Part shown: piece after piece, positions 25,795 to 38,991 of the stretch
Numbering within the stretch: position 1 is the stretch's first letter
Layout of the letters: each line of letters starts with the position of its first letter
DNA from: Phenylobacterium sp.
GTDB taxonomy: Bacteria; Pseudomonadota; Alphaproteobacteria; Caulobacterales; Caulobacteraceae
Direction of reading: 5' to 3'
Length of the DNA stretch: 64,000 nucleotides
Assembly: GCF_035539035.1 (NCBI RefSeq)
Contig: NZ_DATLJI010000013.1
Coordinates: forward strand, 44,743-108,742
The notes under the pieces: generated by a model
Told to the model about the DNA's origin: nothing
Database searches by the model: none
The model's input: only the letters and a program-made list of their open reading frames with translations
Program-made: the position numbers and the translations under genes

Positions 25795-27764
25795 CAGTCG
25801 AGCTTCGCCTTGGCGGCTTCGGCCACGGCCTCGGCAGTGATGCCGAAGTGCTTGTAGAGCGCCTTGTCGGGGGCGCTGGCGCCGAAGCCGGTCATGCCGA
25901 CGAAGACGCCGTCCGAGCCGATGAAGCGGTCCCAGCCCATGCGCACGCCCGCCTCGACGGCCACGCGCACCGGCGTCTCGCCGATCAGGGCGTCCTGGTA
26001 GTCGCGCGGCTGGGCCTCGAAGAGCTCGAAGCAGGGCACGGAGACCACCCGGGCGCCGACGCCGTCGGCCTCCAGGAGGTCGCGGGCCGCCAGCGCCACG
26101 GGCACCTCGGTGCCGGAAGCGAAGATGGTCACCTGGGCCGGGTGGCCGGCGGCGGCGAGCTGGTAGGCGCCGCGGGCAGAGAGGTTCTCGCCGGCCTGCC
26201 CGCGCACCGCGGCGGTCTTCTGGCGGGACAGCGCCATCACCGTGGGCGTGCGCTTCGCGTCGAGCGCCAGCTTCCAGCACTCGGCGGTCTCGATCAGGTC
26301 GGCCGGGCGGAAGACGTTGAGGTTGGGCATGGCGCGCAGGGCGGCCAGGTGCTCCACCGGCTGGTGTGTCGGGCCGTCCTCGCCGAGGCCGATGGAATCG
26401 TGCGTGCCCACGTGGATCACCCGCACCCCCATCAGGGCGGCCAGGCGGATCGCCGGCCGGCTGTAGTCGGTGAAGACGAGGAACGTCCCGCCGTAGGGGA
26501 TCACCCCGCCGTGCAGGGCCAGGCCGTTCATGGCCGCGGCCATGCCGAACTCGCGCACGCCGTAGTTCACGTAGCGGCCGGCGTAGTCCGGCGCATCGAA
26601 GATCGGGGTGTTCTTGACGAAGGTGTTGTTGGAGCCGGTGAGGTCGGCCGAGCCGCCGACCAACTCGGGAATCTCGCCGAAGATCGTCTCCAGCACCGCG
26701 CCGGAGTGCTGGCGCGTGGCGGCGGCAGGCTTCGAGGTCGCGGCTTCGGCCATCAGAGCGTCGAGGCGCTCGAAGGCGTGGGCCGGCAGGTCGCCGGCGA
26801 TGGCGCGCTCGAACTCCGCCCGCTGCGGCGAGGCGGCGAGGCGCTGCTCCCAGGCCTTCAGCAGCTTGCGGCCGCGGCGGCCGGCGGCGCGCCAGGGGCG
26901 GTAGACCTCGTCGGGCACCACGAAGGGCTCGTGCGGCCAGCCGAGGTTCTCGCGGGTCTTGACCACCTCGTCCTTGCCCAGCGCCTTGCCGTGCACGTCG
27001 TGAGTGCCGGCGAAGGTGGGCGAGCCCTTGCCGATGATGGTCTTGCAGGCGATCAGGCTCGGCCGGTCCTGCTTGGTCGCCCAGGCGAGCGCCCGGCGGA
27101 TCTGGCCCTCGTCGTGGCCGTCGATCCGCTTCACCGCCCAGCCGGCGGCCTTGAAGCGGGCGAGCTGGTCGGTGGCGTCGGACAGGCCCACGTGGCCGTC
27201 GATGGTGATGTCGTTGTCGTCCCAGAGGACCGTCAGCTTGGCGAGCTTCAGCCGGCCGGCCAGGCTGATCGCCTCGTGGCTGACGCCCTCCATCAGGCAG
27301 CCGTCGCCGGCCAGCACCCAGGTGCGGTGGTCGACGAGGTCGTCGCCGAAGCGGGCGGCGAGCTTGCGCTCGGCCATGGCCATGCCCACGGCGGTGGCCA
27401 GCCCCTGGCCCAGCGGCCCGGTCGTGGTCTCGACGCCGGGCGTGTGGCCCCACTCAGGGTGCCCCGCTGTGTTGGAGCCGAGCTGCCGGAAGTTCCTGAT
27501 CTGGTCGAGGGTGACCGCCTTCACGCCCGTCAGGTGCAGGAGCGAATAGAGCAGCATCGAGCCGTGGCCGGCCGACAGCACGAACCGGTCGCGGTCCGCC
27601 CAGTCGGGACGGGCGGCGTCGTACTTGAGGAACCTGGTCCAGAGCACCGTAGCCACGTCGGCCATGCCCATGGGCATGCCGGGGTGGCCGGAGTTGGCCT
27701 GCTCGACGGCGTCCATCGAGAGCACGCGGATGGCGTCGGCCATGATCTTCAGGGGCGCAGGCAT
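25794..27764 (-). CDS. tkt: transketolase
   Basis: Motifs [42 protein letters not shown] and [13 protein letters not shown]. Start is the ATG at 27764. Confidence 0.95.
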   Translation of the reverse strand: MPAPLKIMADAIRVLSMDAVEQANSGHPGMPMGMADVATVLWTRFLKYDAARPDWADRDRFVLSAGHGSMLLYSLLHLTGVKAVTLDQIRNFRQLGSNTAGHPEWGHTPGVETTTGPLGQGLATAVGMAMAERKLAARFGDDLVDHRTWVLAGDGCLMEGVSHEAISLAGRLKLAKLTVLWDDNDITIDGHVGLSDATDQLARFKAAGWAVKRIDGHDEGQIRRALAWATKQDRPSLIACKTIIGKGSPTFAGTHDVHGKALGKDEVVKTRENLGWPHEPFVVPDEVYRPWRAAGRRGRKLLKAWEQRLAASPQRAEFERAIAGDLPAHAFERLDALMAEAATSKPAAATRQHSGAVLETIFGEIPELVGGSADLTGSNNTFVKNTPIFDAPDYAGRYVNYGVREFGMAAAMNGLALHGGVIPYGGTFLVFTDYSRPAIRLAALMGVRVIHVGTHDSIGLGEDGPTHQPVEHLAALRAMPNLNVFRPADLIETAECWKLALDAKRTPTVMALSRQKTAAVRGQAGENLSARGAYQLAAAGHPAQVTIFASGTEVPVALAARDLLEADGVGARVVSVPCFELFEAQPRDYQDALIGETPVRVAVEAGVRMGWDRFIGSDGVFVGMTGFGASAPDKALYKHFGITAEAVAEAAKAKLD

Positions 27765-27974
27765 CGAGATCCGGAAATCCTGGGGGCGGAGGGAATGGCG
27801 CGGGGGGTGGCATGCGCAGGCGCGAGGGTCAAGGCGAGCGGGGCCGCAGGCGCGCGCAGTCAGGAACCCGGAAGAAAACGGCCCGTGCGAGCTTCCCGGC
27901 ATAAACCCGTGGATTCACAAGGAACCCCGCACGGGTCTATAGATTAGGCCGCCATACCTTTTCGGGAGGACGGC

Positions 27975-28244
27975 ATGAACGCGGGCGAAAGCGCGCTCGA
28001 ACTTGCGGCCAAGCGCCTGGAGCGGGCGGTCGCCATGCTGGAGCAGCGCCTGGCCGAGCGTCTGAAGGACGCCGACACCGGCGGTCTCTTCGACCAGGAC
28101 CGGGCGAGGCTCGCCGCCGAACTCGACCAGGCCCGGGCCCGGGAGAAGGAGCTGGAGGCGGCCGGCGCCGAGGCCTCCGCCGCGCTGGGGCGCGCCATCC
28201 TCGAGATCCGCGCCGCCCTGAATGGCGCCGCCCAGGAGCACTGA
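27975..28244 (+). CDS. zauP: DUF4164 coiled-coil protein encoded directly upstream of zapA (ZauP-like)
   Basis: 89-aa all-helical protein (LELAAKRLERAVAMLEQRL...ELDQARAREKELEAAG). Position immediately 5' of zapA is as in Caulobacter. Confidence 0.65.
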   Translation: MNAGESALELAAKRLERAVAMLEQRLAERLKDADTGGLFDQDRARLAAELDQARAREKELEAAGAEASAALGRAILEIRAALNGAAQEH

Positions 28245-28248
28245 AGCC

Positions 28249-28587
28249 ATGGCCCAGATCCAGATCGAGGTGAACGGCCGGCCCTACGCCGTCGGCTGCG
28301 AGGACGGCCAGGAGCAGCACCTCATGGAGCTGGCCAAGCTCTTCGACCGCCAGGTCCGCCACGTGAGCGCCGACATGGGCCAGCTCGGCGACACCCGCCT
28401 GTTCCTGATGGGCGCCCTGCTGCTGGCCGACGAGCTCGCCGACGCCCGCAACCGCCTGAACAGCCTGCAGGCCGAGCTCGCCCGTCTGCAGTCGGATCGC
28501 GCCCGCATGGAGACACGGGCGGTGGCGGCGCTGGAGAACGCCGCCAAGCGGATCGAGAAACTGGCCGTCGACGACGTCGCCGCCTGA
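28249..28587 (+). CDS. zapA: cell division protein ZapA
   Basis: MAQIQIEVNGRPYAVGCEDGQEQHLMELAKLFDRQV...TRLFLMGALLLADEL. Start is the ATG at 28249. Confidence 0.85.
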   Translation: MAQIQIEVNGRPYAVGCEDGQEQHLMELAKLFDRQVRHVSADMGQLGDTRLFLMGALLLADELADARNRLNSLQAELARLQSDRARMETRAVAALENAAKRIEKLAVDDVAA

Positions 28588-28625
28588 GGCCTCGCTTGAG
28601 GAAGGGGGCCGGGCGCACTACCTTA

Positions 28626-28807
28626 GGAGCCGGCGGGTCTGCTGCGGCTCGCGTCGAAGGCGACATATTCCAGCGACCTTAATTCACTCATAGGGAGCTG
28701 TCCCTGCCCCGGACCGTGGTCTTGGGCACACGGCGCCCACCTGGTCTATCCAGGTCGAGGGAATGAAACAGTCCTTCACGGCTCTCGCGGCGCCGCCACC
28801 GACTTCC
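28626..28807 (+). ncRNA. ssrS: 6S RNA candidate
   Basis: It sits in the conserved zapA-ssrS-5-formyl-THF cyclo-ligase position. A long interrupted closing stem pairs 28626-28664 with 28771-28807 (for example GCUGCGG/UCGCGGC and CGAAGG/CCUUCACG). There is an AT-richer central bubble (acatattccagcgaccttaattcactcatagg) and a terminal stem (GGACCGUGG...CCACCUGGUC with UGGGC/GCCCA). Ends are approximate. Confidence 0.6.
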
Positions 28808-28822
28808 TGCTATGAGCAGGGG

Positions 28823-29389
28823 GTGAAGACCCTCGACAAGACGACGCTCCGGGTCCTGCTGCGCCAGGTCCGCCGCAAGCTGGCCGCCGAGGCGCCGGAC
28901 GCGGCCGCCCGCGCCGCCGAGCGCCTGCCGCTCGACCGGCTGCCCGCCTTCCGCACCTTCTCAGGCTATCAGCCGACCGGCTCCGAGATGGACCCGCGAC
29001 CGCTGATGCGCCGCCTGTGCGAGACCGGCGCCGCCGCGGCCCTGCCGGTCGCCGAGCGCCGCGACGCGCCGCTGGCCTTCCGGGTGTGGGATCCGGACCA
29101 GGCGCTGGAGCCCGACGCCTTCGGCATCCCGGCTCCGCCGCCGGGGGCGGCCGCGGTCCTGCCGGACCTGGTCATCGCGCCGCTGCTTGCCTTCGACCGG
29201 CGGGGACAGCGGCTCGGGCAGGGGGCCGGGCACTACGACCGGACGCTGGCGAACCTTCGGGCGGTCCAGTCCGTTTTCGTGCTTGGCCTCGCCTATTCGG
29301 GCCAGGAAGTGGAGGAACTGCCCGCCGAACCCCACGACGAGCGGCTCGATGCGATCCTGACCGAGACGGACTACATCGAGGTCGGCTAA
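28823..29389 (+). CDS. 5-formyltetrahydrofolate cyclo-ligase
   Basis: Motifs LPAFRTFSGYQPTGSEMDP and GQRLGQGAGHYDRTL. Start is proposed at the GTG at 28823, because the track ATG at 28763 lies inside the predicted 6S RNA closing stem. Confidence 0.75.
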   Translation: MKTLDKTTLRVLLRQVRRKLAAEAPDAAARAAERLPLDRLPAFRTFSGYQPTGSEMDPRPLMRRLCETGAAAALPVAERRDAPLAFRVWDPDQALEPDAFGIPAPPPGAAAVLPDLVIAPLLAFDRRGQRLGQGAGHYDRTLANLRAVQSVFVLGLAYSGQEVEELPAEPHDERLDAILTETDYIEVG

Positions 29390-29398
29390 GGACGCTGC

Positions 29399-30235
29399 AT
29401 GAAATTCGCCTTCTTTGGAGACGTGGTGGGCCGCTCGGGCCGCGAGGGTCTCGCCGAGCACCTTCCCGGCCTCCGCCGCCGCCTTGACCTCGAGTTCGTG
29501 ATCGTCAACGGCGAGAACGCCGCGGCGGGCTTCGGCATCACCGAGTCCACCGCCCGGGAGCTGTTCGACGCGGGCGCCGACGCGCTGACGCTCGGCAACC
29601 ACTCCTGGGACCAGAAGGAGGCGCTCACCTACATCGTCCGCGAGCCCCGCCTGATCCGGCCGCTGAACTATCCCAAGCTCGCCGACGCGCCCGGCCGCGG
29701 CGCGCAGCTCTTCGAGACGCATTCGGGCAAGCGGATCCTGGTCGTCAACCTGCTGGGCCGTGTGTTCATGGACGCCCTCGACGACCCGTTCGCTGCGGTG
29801 GACGCCGAGCTGGAGGCCTGCCCGCTCGGCATGGCGGCCGACGCCGTGGTGGTGGACATCCACGCGGAGGCGACGTCCGAGAAGATGGCGATGGGCCACT
29901 TCTGCGACGGCCGCGCGAGCCTGGTGGTGGGCACCCACAGCCACGTGCCGACCGCCGACGCCCAGCTCCTGCCCGGCGGCACGGCCTACCAGACCGACGC
30001 CGGGGCCTGCGCCGACTACGACAGCGTGATCGGCAACCAGAAGGAGGAGCCGCTGCGGCGGTTCACGACACGGATCTCGGGCGGCCGCTACAAGCCCGCG
30101 GAAGGGCCGGCCACGGTGTGCGGGGTCTATGTGGAGACCGACGACCGCACGGGCCTCGCCCGCCGCATCGAGCCGATCCGCATCGGCGGCCGGCTCTCGC
30201 AGACGATCCCCGTGCTGGAGTCCGTGCAGGCCTAG
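29399..30235 (+). CDS. YmdB-like metallophosphoesterase (TIGR00282 family)
   Basis: Motifs [33 protein letters not shown] and [10 protein letters not shown]. Confidence 0.85.
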   Translation: MKFAFFGDVVGRSGREGLAEHLPGLRRRLDLEFVIVNGENAAAGFGITESTARELFDAGADALTLGNHSWDQKEALTYIVREPRLIRPLNYPKLADAPGRGAQLFETHSGKRILVVNLLGRVFMDALDDPFAAVDAELEACPLGMAADAVVVDIHAEATSEKMAMGHFCDGRASLVVGTHSHVPTADAQLLPGGTAYQTDAGACADYDSVIGNQKEEPLRRFTTRISGGRYKPAEGPATVCGVYVETDDRTGLARRIEPIRIGGRLSQTIPVLESVQA

Positions 30236-31950
30236 GCGACCCGCCGGGCCTCCAGGGTCCGCTCGATGGCGGCGAACAGCTGGGCGGGCTGGATCGGCTT
30301 GCCCTGCAGGGCGTCGAAGCCGAGGCCCCTGAGCCGCTCCTCCTCGCCGGGCGAGGCGTCGGCGGTGAGCGCGATCACCGGAATCCCGGCGGGACCGGCC
30401 CCGCCCTCGCGGATGCGGCGCACGGCTTCGATCCCGTCCATCACCGGCATGCGCACATCCATCAGGACAATGTCGAAGAGCTCGACCTGCAGGCGCTCCA
30501 GGGCCTCGGCGCCGTGCACGGCCACCTCCACGGCGGCGCCGGCGGATTCGAGCAGGGCGCGCGCCACCGCCAGGTTGATCGGGTTGTCGTCAGTCACGAG
30601 GATGCGCAGCGGCGGGAGCTCGGCGGCGGGGGCCTCGCTGGTGTCCACGGGGCGGCTTTCCGCGGCCGGCAGCGGCAGCCAGACGCGGAAGGTGGAGCCC
30701 TTGCCGGGCTCGCTCTCGACGCCGATGTCGCCGCCCATCATCGAGGTCAGCTTGCGGCAGATGGAGAGCCCGAGGCCCGTGCCGCCGTACTTTCGGGCGG
30801 TGGAGGCCTCCGCCTGGCTGTAGGGGCGGAACAGGCGCGCCACCTGCTCGGCGGTCATGCCCGGGCCGGTGTCGCTGACCAGGATCTCGATCGCGCCCTC
30901 ACCGTCGGCATGCGGCGCCGAACGCACCGTCAGGCTGACCCGGCCCTCTTCCGTGAACTTCAGGGCGTTGGAGAGCAGGTTCAGGATGATCTGGCGCACC
31001 CGGGTCTCGTCGCCCTGGACATGGTGCGGCACCTGCGGGTCGATCTCGCAGGCGAGCTCCAGGTCCTTGGCGGCGGCGGCCTCCGTCCAGAGCTGGACCG
31101 ACTGTTCGCTGACCGCGCGCAGGTTGAAGGGCGCCACCTCCAGGTCCAGCCGGCCGGCCTCGATCTTGGAGTGGTCGAGCACGTCGTTGAGGATGGAGAG
31201 CAGGCTGTCGCCGGAGCGGACGATGGTTTCCAGGTAGTCGCGCTGGCGGGAGCTGAGGTCGGTGTGCTGCAGGGCGCGGGCCATGCCGAGGACGCCGTTC
31301 ATCGGCGTCCGCAGCTCGTGCGTGACCATGCTGAGGAAGGCGGACTTGGCCTCGTTGGCCTCGTTCGCCCGGCGCTCGGCGTCGGCCAGGGCGGCGGCGT
31401 TCTGGGCGGTGGCGCGCGCGGCGGCGGCGACGTAGGCCAGAGCCATGGCGAAGCCGAAGCCGACGATCATCAGGTCGCCGAGATCGTAGCCGCCGAAGAC
31501 GGTGGGCAGCAGCATCCAGAGAAGGGCGGCGGGCACGCCCATGACCACCAGGGCGGCGGGCGTGTGGGACGAGAATCCTTGGGCGTGGACGAGCACGGTG
31601 ACCAGGATCGCCACGGCCGCCAGGCGCAGGGATTCCTCGCCGGACACCCAGCCGCGGACCGCCAGCGCGCACCACACCAGGCCCGCCAGCGCCATCCAGA
31701 TCACATAGCCGAGGCGGGCCGAGGGCGGCAGGGCGCCGCCCCGGGCGGCCTTGCGCGAGGCGAAGCGGGCGCCCGCCTCGGTCAGGGCGAAGCAGGCGAG
31801 CCAGCCGAGACTCCAGGCGAGGCCGAACGGCTCGATCGACAGCAGGGTCGCGGCCAGCCCCGCGGCGATGCGGACAGCGAGCACCTCGAACGACGTGCGC
31901 GCCACGATATCCAGCCGCTCGTTGAGCGCCCTCCACTGCGGTTTGCCCAC
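30232..31950 (-). CDS. hybrid sensor histidine kinase / response regulator with polytopic membrane N-terminus
   Basis: H-box [16 protein letters not shown]-boxes DTGPGM and GGTGLGLSI, and a C-terminal receiver [11 protein letters not shown]...[14 protein letters not shown]. Start proposed at the GTG at 31950 (AAGGGGGG SD), rather than track ATG 32148. Confidence 0.85.
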   Translation of the reverse strand: MGKPQWRALNERLDIVARTSFEVLAVRIAAGLAATLLSIEPFGLAWSLGWLACFALTEAGARFASRKAARGGALPPSARLGYVIWMALAGLVWCALAVRGWVSGEESLRLAAVAILVTVLVHAQGFSSHTPAALVVMGVPAALLWMLLPTVFGGYDLGDLMIVGFGFAMALAYVAAAARATAQNAAALADAERRANEANEAKSAFLSMVTHELRTPMNGVLGMARALQHTDLSSRQRDYLETIVRSGDSLLSILNDVLDHSKIEAGRLDLEVAPFNLRAVSEQSVQLWTEAAAAKDLELACEIDPQVPHHVQGDETRVRQIILNLLSNALKFTEEGRVSLTVRSAPHADGEGAIEILVSDTGPGMTAEQVARLFRPYSQAEASTARKYGGTGLGLSICRKLTSMMGGDIGVESEPGKGSTFRVWLPLPAAESRPVDTSEAPAAELPPLRILVTDDNPINLAVARALLESAGAAVEVAVHGAEALERLQVELFDIVLMDVRMPVMDGIEAVRRIREGGAGPAGIPVIALTADASPGEEERLRGLGFDALQGKPIQPAQLFAAIERTLEARRVA

Positions 31951-32138
31951 GCGCAGTCCCCCCTTGCTTTGTACTTGTGGCCCCTGCCGGACCCCCTCCC
32001 CCGAGGCGAATCGGCGCGTCCGTGTACAACGGTTCCGCCGAACGGCGCTACCTCGGTTGCATAGGCGGCTACGCTTTCCGGTCCTGGTTGCGACCGCGCC
32101 GAAACGCGGCTCTAGTGCGAGTGCAACGGGAGGGTCTG

Positions 32139-32495
32139 ATGCTCGCAAAATTCATCGTCCGCGCCATCTTTGCGGCGCTCGGGCTGTGGCTGGCCTCCAG
32201 GTTCGTGCCGGGGGTGCGGGTGGACGACACCGGCACGCTGATCCTCGCCGCCGTGCTGCTGGGGATCGTCAACGCCTTCGTTCGCCCGGTGGTCTTCGTG
32301 CTGACCCTTCCGATCACCCTCCTGACCCTGGGCCTGTTCCTGCTGGTAGTGAACGCCGCCATGATCGGGCTGGTGGCCTGGCTGCTGTCCGGCTTCCACG
32401 TGGACGGCCTGGTGGCCGGGATCCTCGCCGCCATCGTCACCGGGGTGACGAGCTGGATCGGCTACATGGTCCTGGGCGACGCCCGGCGGGACTAG
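32139..32495 (+). CDS. PF04020-type ('phage holin family 4'-named) four-TM membrane protein
   Basis: [82 protein letters not shown] is typical of this widespread chromosomal family. SD CGGGAGGG lies before the ATG at 32139. Confidence 0.7.
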   Translation: MLAKFIVRAIFAALGLWLASRFVPGVRVDDTGTLILAAVLLGIVNAFVRPVVFVLTLPITLLTLGLFLLVVNAAMIGLVAWLLSGFHVDGLVAGILAAIVTGVTSWIGYMVLGDARRD

Positions 32496-32506
32496 GCCCG
32501 AGGCCG

Positions 32507-32764
32507 ATGCGCATGGGCGAGAAGGACATCTGGTTCAGGTACGAGGTCACCGCCGGCCGGTTCAGCGGGACGCCCGTGAACTGGAAGGGCTGGCTCGCCC
32601 TGGCCGGCCTGATCGGCGCGCCCACGGGCCTCCTGCTGCTCGCCATGCCGTGGCTGCGGCCGCTCGGCCCGCTGGGCGTGATCCTCGGGCTTGCGGTGGT
32701 GTTCGCGATCGTCTTCCCGGGCGCCGTCGCCCTCGTCCGCGCCAAGGGCCGGCGGGTGAACTGA
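32507..32764 (+). CDS. small two-TM membrane protein, unknown function
   Basis: MRMGEKDIWFRYEVTAGRFSGTPVNWKGWLALAGLIGAPTGLLLLAMPW..., 85 aa, 11 nt after the preceding gene. It is embedded in artefactual track ORF 31751..32764. Confidence 0.45.
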   Translation: MRMGEKDIWFRYEVTAGRFSGTPVNWKGWLALAGLIGAPTGLLLLAMPWLRPLGPLGVILGLAVVFAIVFPGAVALVRAKGRRVN

Positions 32765-32833
32765 CGGACGAGGGGCAAAGAAAAAGGGCGGAGCCTCGCG
32801 GCCCCGCCCTCCATCTCAGTCAGCAGGCGTGGA

Positions 32834-34836
<2,003 letters not shown>

Positions 34837-34895
34837 GTTCTTATCTCCGTCGAGACGGTTGCAAATGCGGTCACGCAGGCACTGAAGGGGCGCTG

Positions 34896-34922
34896 TTAGC
34901 AGTCGCGGCCCTTGAGTGCTAA
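34896..34922. promoter_or_regulatory. CIRCE element (HrcA operator) upstream of groES
   Basis: TTAGCAGTC-GCGGCCCTT-GAGTGCTAA compared with the consensus TTAGCACTC-N9-GAGTGCTAA (one mismatch), 60-85 nt upstream of the groES ATG. Confidence 0.85.
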
Positions 34923-34933
34923 CGCGGGCTGGG

Positions 34934-34962
34934 AGTTAGGAAAGTGGCCCTCCGGAGTCAAG
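34934..34962 (-). promoter_or_regulatory. heat-shock (sigma-32-like) / sigma-70 promoter candidate of groESL
   Basis: Minus strand reads CTTGACT-N15-CCTAACT immediately upstream of CIRCE, the same arrangement described for Caulobacter groESL. The sigma factor assignment is inference. Confidence 0.4.
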
Positions 34963-35074
34963 CGGAAGGCCGAAAAACCCTGCGGAACCGGGCATCCGGA
35001 TCCGCGTTCGCGGAACCTTGGCCGTGGATTGCGGGTTTCCAGCTGCACCAGGGACACCACGAGGGGTGCGGGCG

Positions 35075-36292
35075 ATGGCTCTGCAAGCCTTCCTGCGCAA
35101 GACGATCCGTGAGGGCGACCTGACCGTCCGGCTGCCGGGCGGTGGGGTCCTGGCACTGGGCGATGGGACCGGTCCGCCGGTGACGGTTGCGATCACCTCC
35201 AGGGCCTGGGCCGCCCGGATCGCGCTCAATCCGCAGCTGGCCGTCGGCGAGGCCTACATGGAGGGTGGTCTCGTCCTCGAGCGCGGCGGGATCTGGGACT
35301 TCGTGGACCTGATCGGCCGCAACGCCAGGCACAGGCCGCTGAAGCGCGCCGGTCCGCTTGCCCGCTGGTGGCTGGACCGCCGGCTGCAGGCCAACGCGCG
35401 CGCCGCCGCCCGGCGCAACGTCGCCCACCACTACGACCTGTCGGTGGAGCTCTACAGGCTCTTCCTCGACCCCGACCTGCAGTACTCCTGCGCTTATTTC
35501 CCGGACCCCTATGCGAGTCTGGAGGAGGCCCAGCTCGCCAAGAAGCGCCACCTCGCCGCCAAGCTCCTCCTGCGGCCCGGCCACCGTGTGCTCGACATCG
35601 GCTGCGGCTGGGGCGGTCTGGCCCTGACGCTGGCCGAGGAGACCGGGGCGGACGCGGAGGGCGTCACGCTGTCGACCGAGCAGTTCGCCACCGCCAGCCA
35701 ACGGGCGGAGGCCCAGGGCCTCGCCGGCCGGGCGAAGTTCTCGCTCACCGACTACCGCGACGTGGAAGGCCCCTACGACCGCATCGTCTCGGTGGGGATG
35801 TTCGAGCATGTGGGCCGGCCCAACTTCCAGGCCTATTTCGACCAGGTGGCGCGGCTGCTGAACGACGACGGCGTGGCGGTGATCCACTCCATCGGCCGCA
35901 CGGAGGGCCCGGCCTTCACCCAGCCGTGGATCGCCAAGTACATCTTCCCCGGCGGCTACATCCCGGCGCTCTCGGAGGTGCTGGCCGCCGTCGAGCGCTC
36001 CGGCCTGATCGTCACGGACGTGGAGATCCTGCGGCTGCACTACGCCGAAACCCTCAAGGCGTGGCGCGAGCGGTTCCAGGCGCGGCGCGCGGACGCGGCG
36101 CGGATGTACGACGACCGCTTCTGTCGGATGTGGGAGTTCTACCTCGCGGTCAGCGAGCTCGCCTTCCGCTACCGCGGCCACATGGTCTTCCAGCTGCAGC
36201 TCGCCAAGCGGGTCGACGCCGTGCCGCTGACCCGAGACTACATCGGCGAGGCCGAGGCCTGGCTCCATCGGCCCAGGCGCCGCGCCGCCTGA
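35075..36292 (+). CDS. cyclopropane-fatty-acyl-phospholipid synthase family SAM-dependent methyltransferase
   Basis: Motifs HYDLSVELYRLFLDPDLQYSCAYF, VLDIGCGWGGLAL, SVGMFEHVG and FPGGYIPAL. Confidence 0.85.
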   Translation: MALQAFLRKTIREGDLTVRLPGGGVLALGDGTGPPVTVAITSRAWAARIALNPQLAVGEAYMEGGLVLERGGIWDFVDLIGRNARHRPLKRAGPLARWWLDRRLQANARAAARRNVAHHYDLSVELYRLFLDPDLQYSCAYFPDPYASLEEAQLAKKRHLAAKLLLRPGHRVLDIGCGWGGLALTLAEETGADAEGVTLSTEQFATASQRAEAQGLAGRAKFSLTDYRDVEGPYDRIVSVGMFEHVGRPNFQAYFDQVARLLNDDGVAVIHSIGRTEGPAFTQPWIAKYIFPGGYIPALSEVLAAVERSGLIVTDVEILRLHYAETLKAWRERFQARRADAARMYDDRFCRMWEFYLAVSELAFRYRGHMVFQLQLAKRVDAVPLTRDYIGEAEAWLHRPRRRAA

Positions 36293-36366
36293 TTTCCCTT
36301 GGTCGCCGCGCGCCGCGGCCGCTAGGGTCGGCCAAGGGATTGAAACGCCTGTTGGAGTAACTACCC

Positions 36367-36777
36367 ATGCGCCGCGTCATCGCGCTCGCCGCCGCGACCG
36401 CCTTCGCCGCCACCGCCGCGTCTGCGGAAACCTGGACCAAGTTCGTGGACGGGCCCGGGGGCACGCAGTGGTCCTACGACGCCGACTACACCTACAAGGA
36501 CAAGGCCTCGGGCCGCCTCGTGGTCATGCAGGCGGTCTCCAAACCCGAGGCCAAGCTCGGGCCCTCCGGCCCCGGCAAGCCGGACGGCGTGGGCTACGTC
36601 TACGCCATCGACTGCGCCAAGAAGAACCTGATCACCGTGGCGGCCTACAAGCCCTCCACGGCCTTCGCGATTCCCGCCAAGTGGCGCGACGAGACGCCGA
36701 AGAAGGCCACCGGCGCGGAGAACGAGGCCCTGCTGGCGGCGGTCTGCCCACACGCGGACCACGTCCCGGTGAAATAG
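36367..36777 (+). CDS. exported protein, unknown function (possibly surface-adhesin-E-like fold)
   Basis: Signal peptide MRRVIALAAATAFAATAASA. The W..F.....WSYD...Y and YAIDCAKKN pattern weakly recalls PF16747-type proteins. Confidence 0.45.
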   Translation: MRRVIALAAATAFAATAASAETWTKFVDGPGGTQWSYDADYTYKDKASGRLVVMQAVSKPEAKLGPSGPGKPDGVGYVYAIDCAKKNLITVAAYKPSTAFAIPAKWRDETPKKATGAENEALLAAVCPHADHVPVK

Positions 36778-37038
36778 GCTCGCGGGCGGCCGGGCGAACT
36801 CTGTCCAAAGCTTAACTGGAAAGCCCGGCTGCCGCTTCCTATCTGAAGGGCCATGGGATGGTGGCTGAAACTCCTTCCGGCCCTGGCCGTGCTCGCGCTG
36901 GCGATCGCGCTTGTCCTGTCCGCCAAGGCGCCGCCGCTCTACTCATGACCTGACGGGTAATCGACCCGCCTCCGCCGGCGGGGAATGCTCCCCTCGTCGC
37001 CGCCCCTCCCGGGCCGCGACGAATATGAGGAGCAAGCC

Positions 37039-37434
37039 ATGTCCGCCGTCCAGTCGTCCTTCCTGCGCCGCGTGATCGCCGTCGACGCCGCCGCCTGCGC
37101 CGCGTCCGGTGCGCTGATGGCCTTCGCCGCCCAGCCGCTGGCCGCGCTCACCGGCCTGCAGCCGGCGCTCACCCAGCCGGCCGGCGTCTTCCTGCTGGTC
37201 TGGGCCGCCCTGCTGGCCTTCCTCGCCACACGTCCCGCCTTGCCGCGACCGGTGGTCTGGACCCTGATCGGCGTCAACGTCCTGTGGGTCGTGGAAAGCG
37301 CTCTCGTCCTGATGCCGGGCTGGGCCCAGCCGACCGCGCTCGGCTACGGCTTCGTGATCGCCCAGGCGGCCGCGGTGGCGGTGATCGCCGACCTGCAGTT
37401 CATGGGCCTGCGCCGGGCCGAGCGCCTGGCCTGA
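37039..37434 (+). CDS. four-TM membrane protein, unknown function
   Basis: MSAVQSSFLRRVIAVDAAACAASGALMAFAAQPLAAL... The ATG at 37039 is preceded by TGAGGAG. Confidence 0.5.
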   Translation: MSAVQSSFLRRVIAVDAAACAASGALMAFAAQPLAALTGLQPALTQPAGVFLLVWAALLAFLATRPALPRPVVWTLIGVNVLWVVESALVLMPGWAQPTALGYGFVIAQAAAVAVIADLQFMGLRRAERLA

Positions 37435-37570
37435 CCTGGCGGAGCGCGCCGAAGGGTCGCCCGTCGGCGCGCTATCCGCAACCGTCGCCGAACAGTTGTT
37501 TGATTTTCTCCCGATCTGCGCCCATGGTCGCCGGCTGATGATCGGCTCCAGCACTCTGGGAGGAGTGACC

Positions 37571-38896
<1,326 letters not shown>

Positions 38897-38991
38897 CCAC
38901 GCGTCCCGCGCCTGCCGTCGCATAACGACGGTAGGCGCGGCCGCCCGGCTGTGCTGTTATCGCTCCCATAAGACGTTGGGAGGGAGAGCGC

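Noticed and set aside
25795-27453. The upstream part of track ORF 24598..27453 (minus), fused to purT.
   Set aside because: It is an alternative frame of transketolase. purT begins at the ATG at 25794, which overlaps the tkt stop.
27880-27938. GGCCCGTGCG...CGCACGGGTC long-range inverted repeat in the tkt / zauP divergent spacer.
   Set aside because: The arms are short (about 9 bp), the 37-nt interior is unstructured, and there is no flanking U-tract or recognisable motif. This is insufficient to call a feature.
32139-32764. A 'phage holin family' protein plus a small membrane protein, considered as a possible prophage or lysis remnant.
   Set aside because: There is no endolysin, integrase, capsid, tail or att-like repeat nearby. 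GC content and codon usage match the flanks. PF04020-type proteins are common chromosomal membrane proteins despite the name.
36853-36948. A 31-codon hydrophobic ORF, MGWWLKLLPALAVLALAIALVLSAKAPPLYS, between two hypothetical genes.
   Set aside because: The SD-like GAAGGG is only 2-3 nt from the ATG. The ORF has no family resemblance and is easily produced by chance at this GC content. It is kept only as a note.
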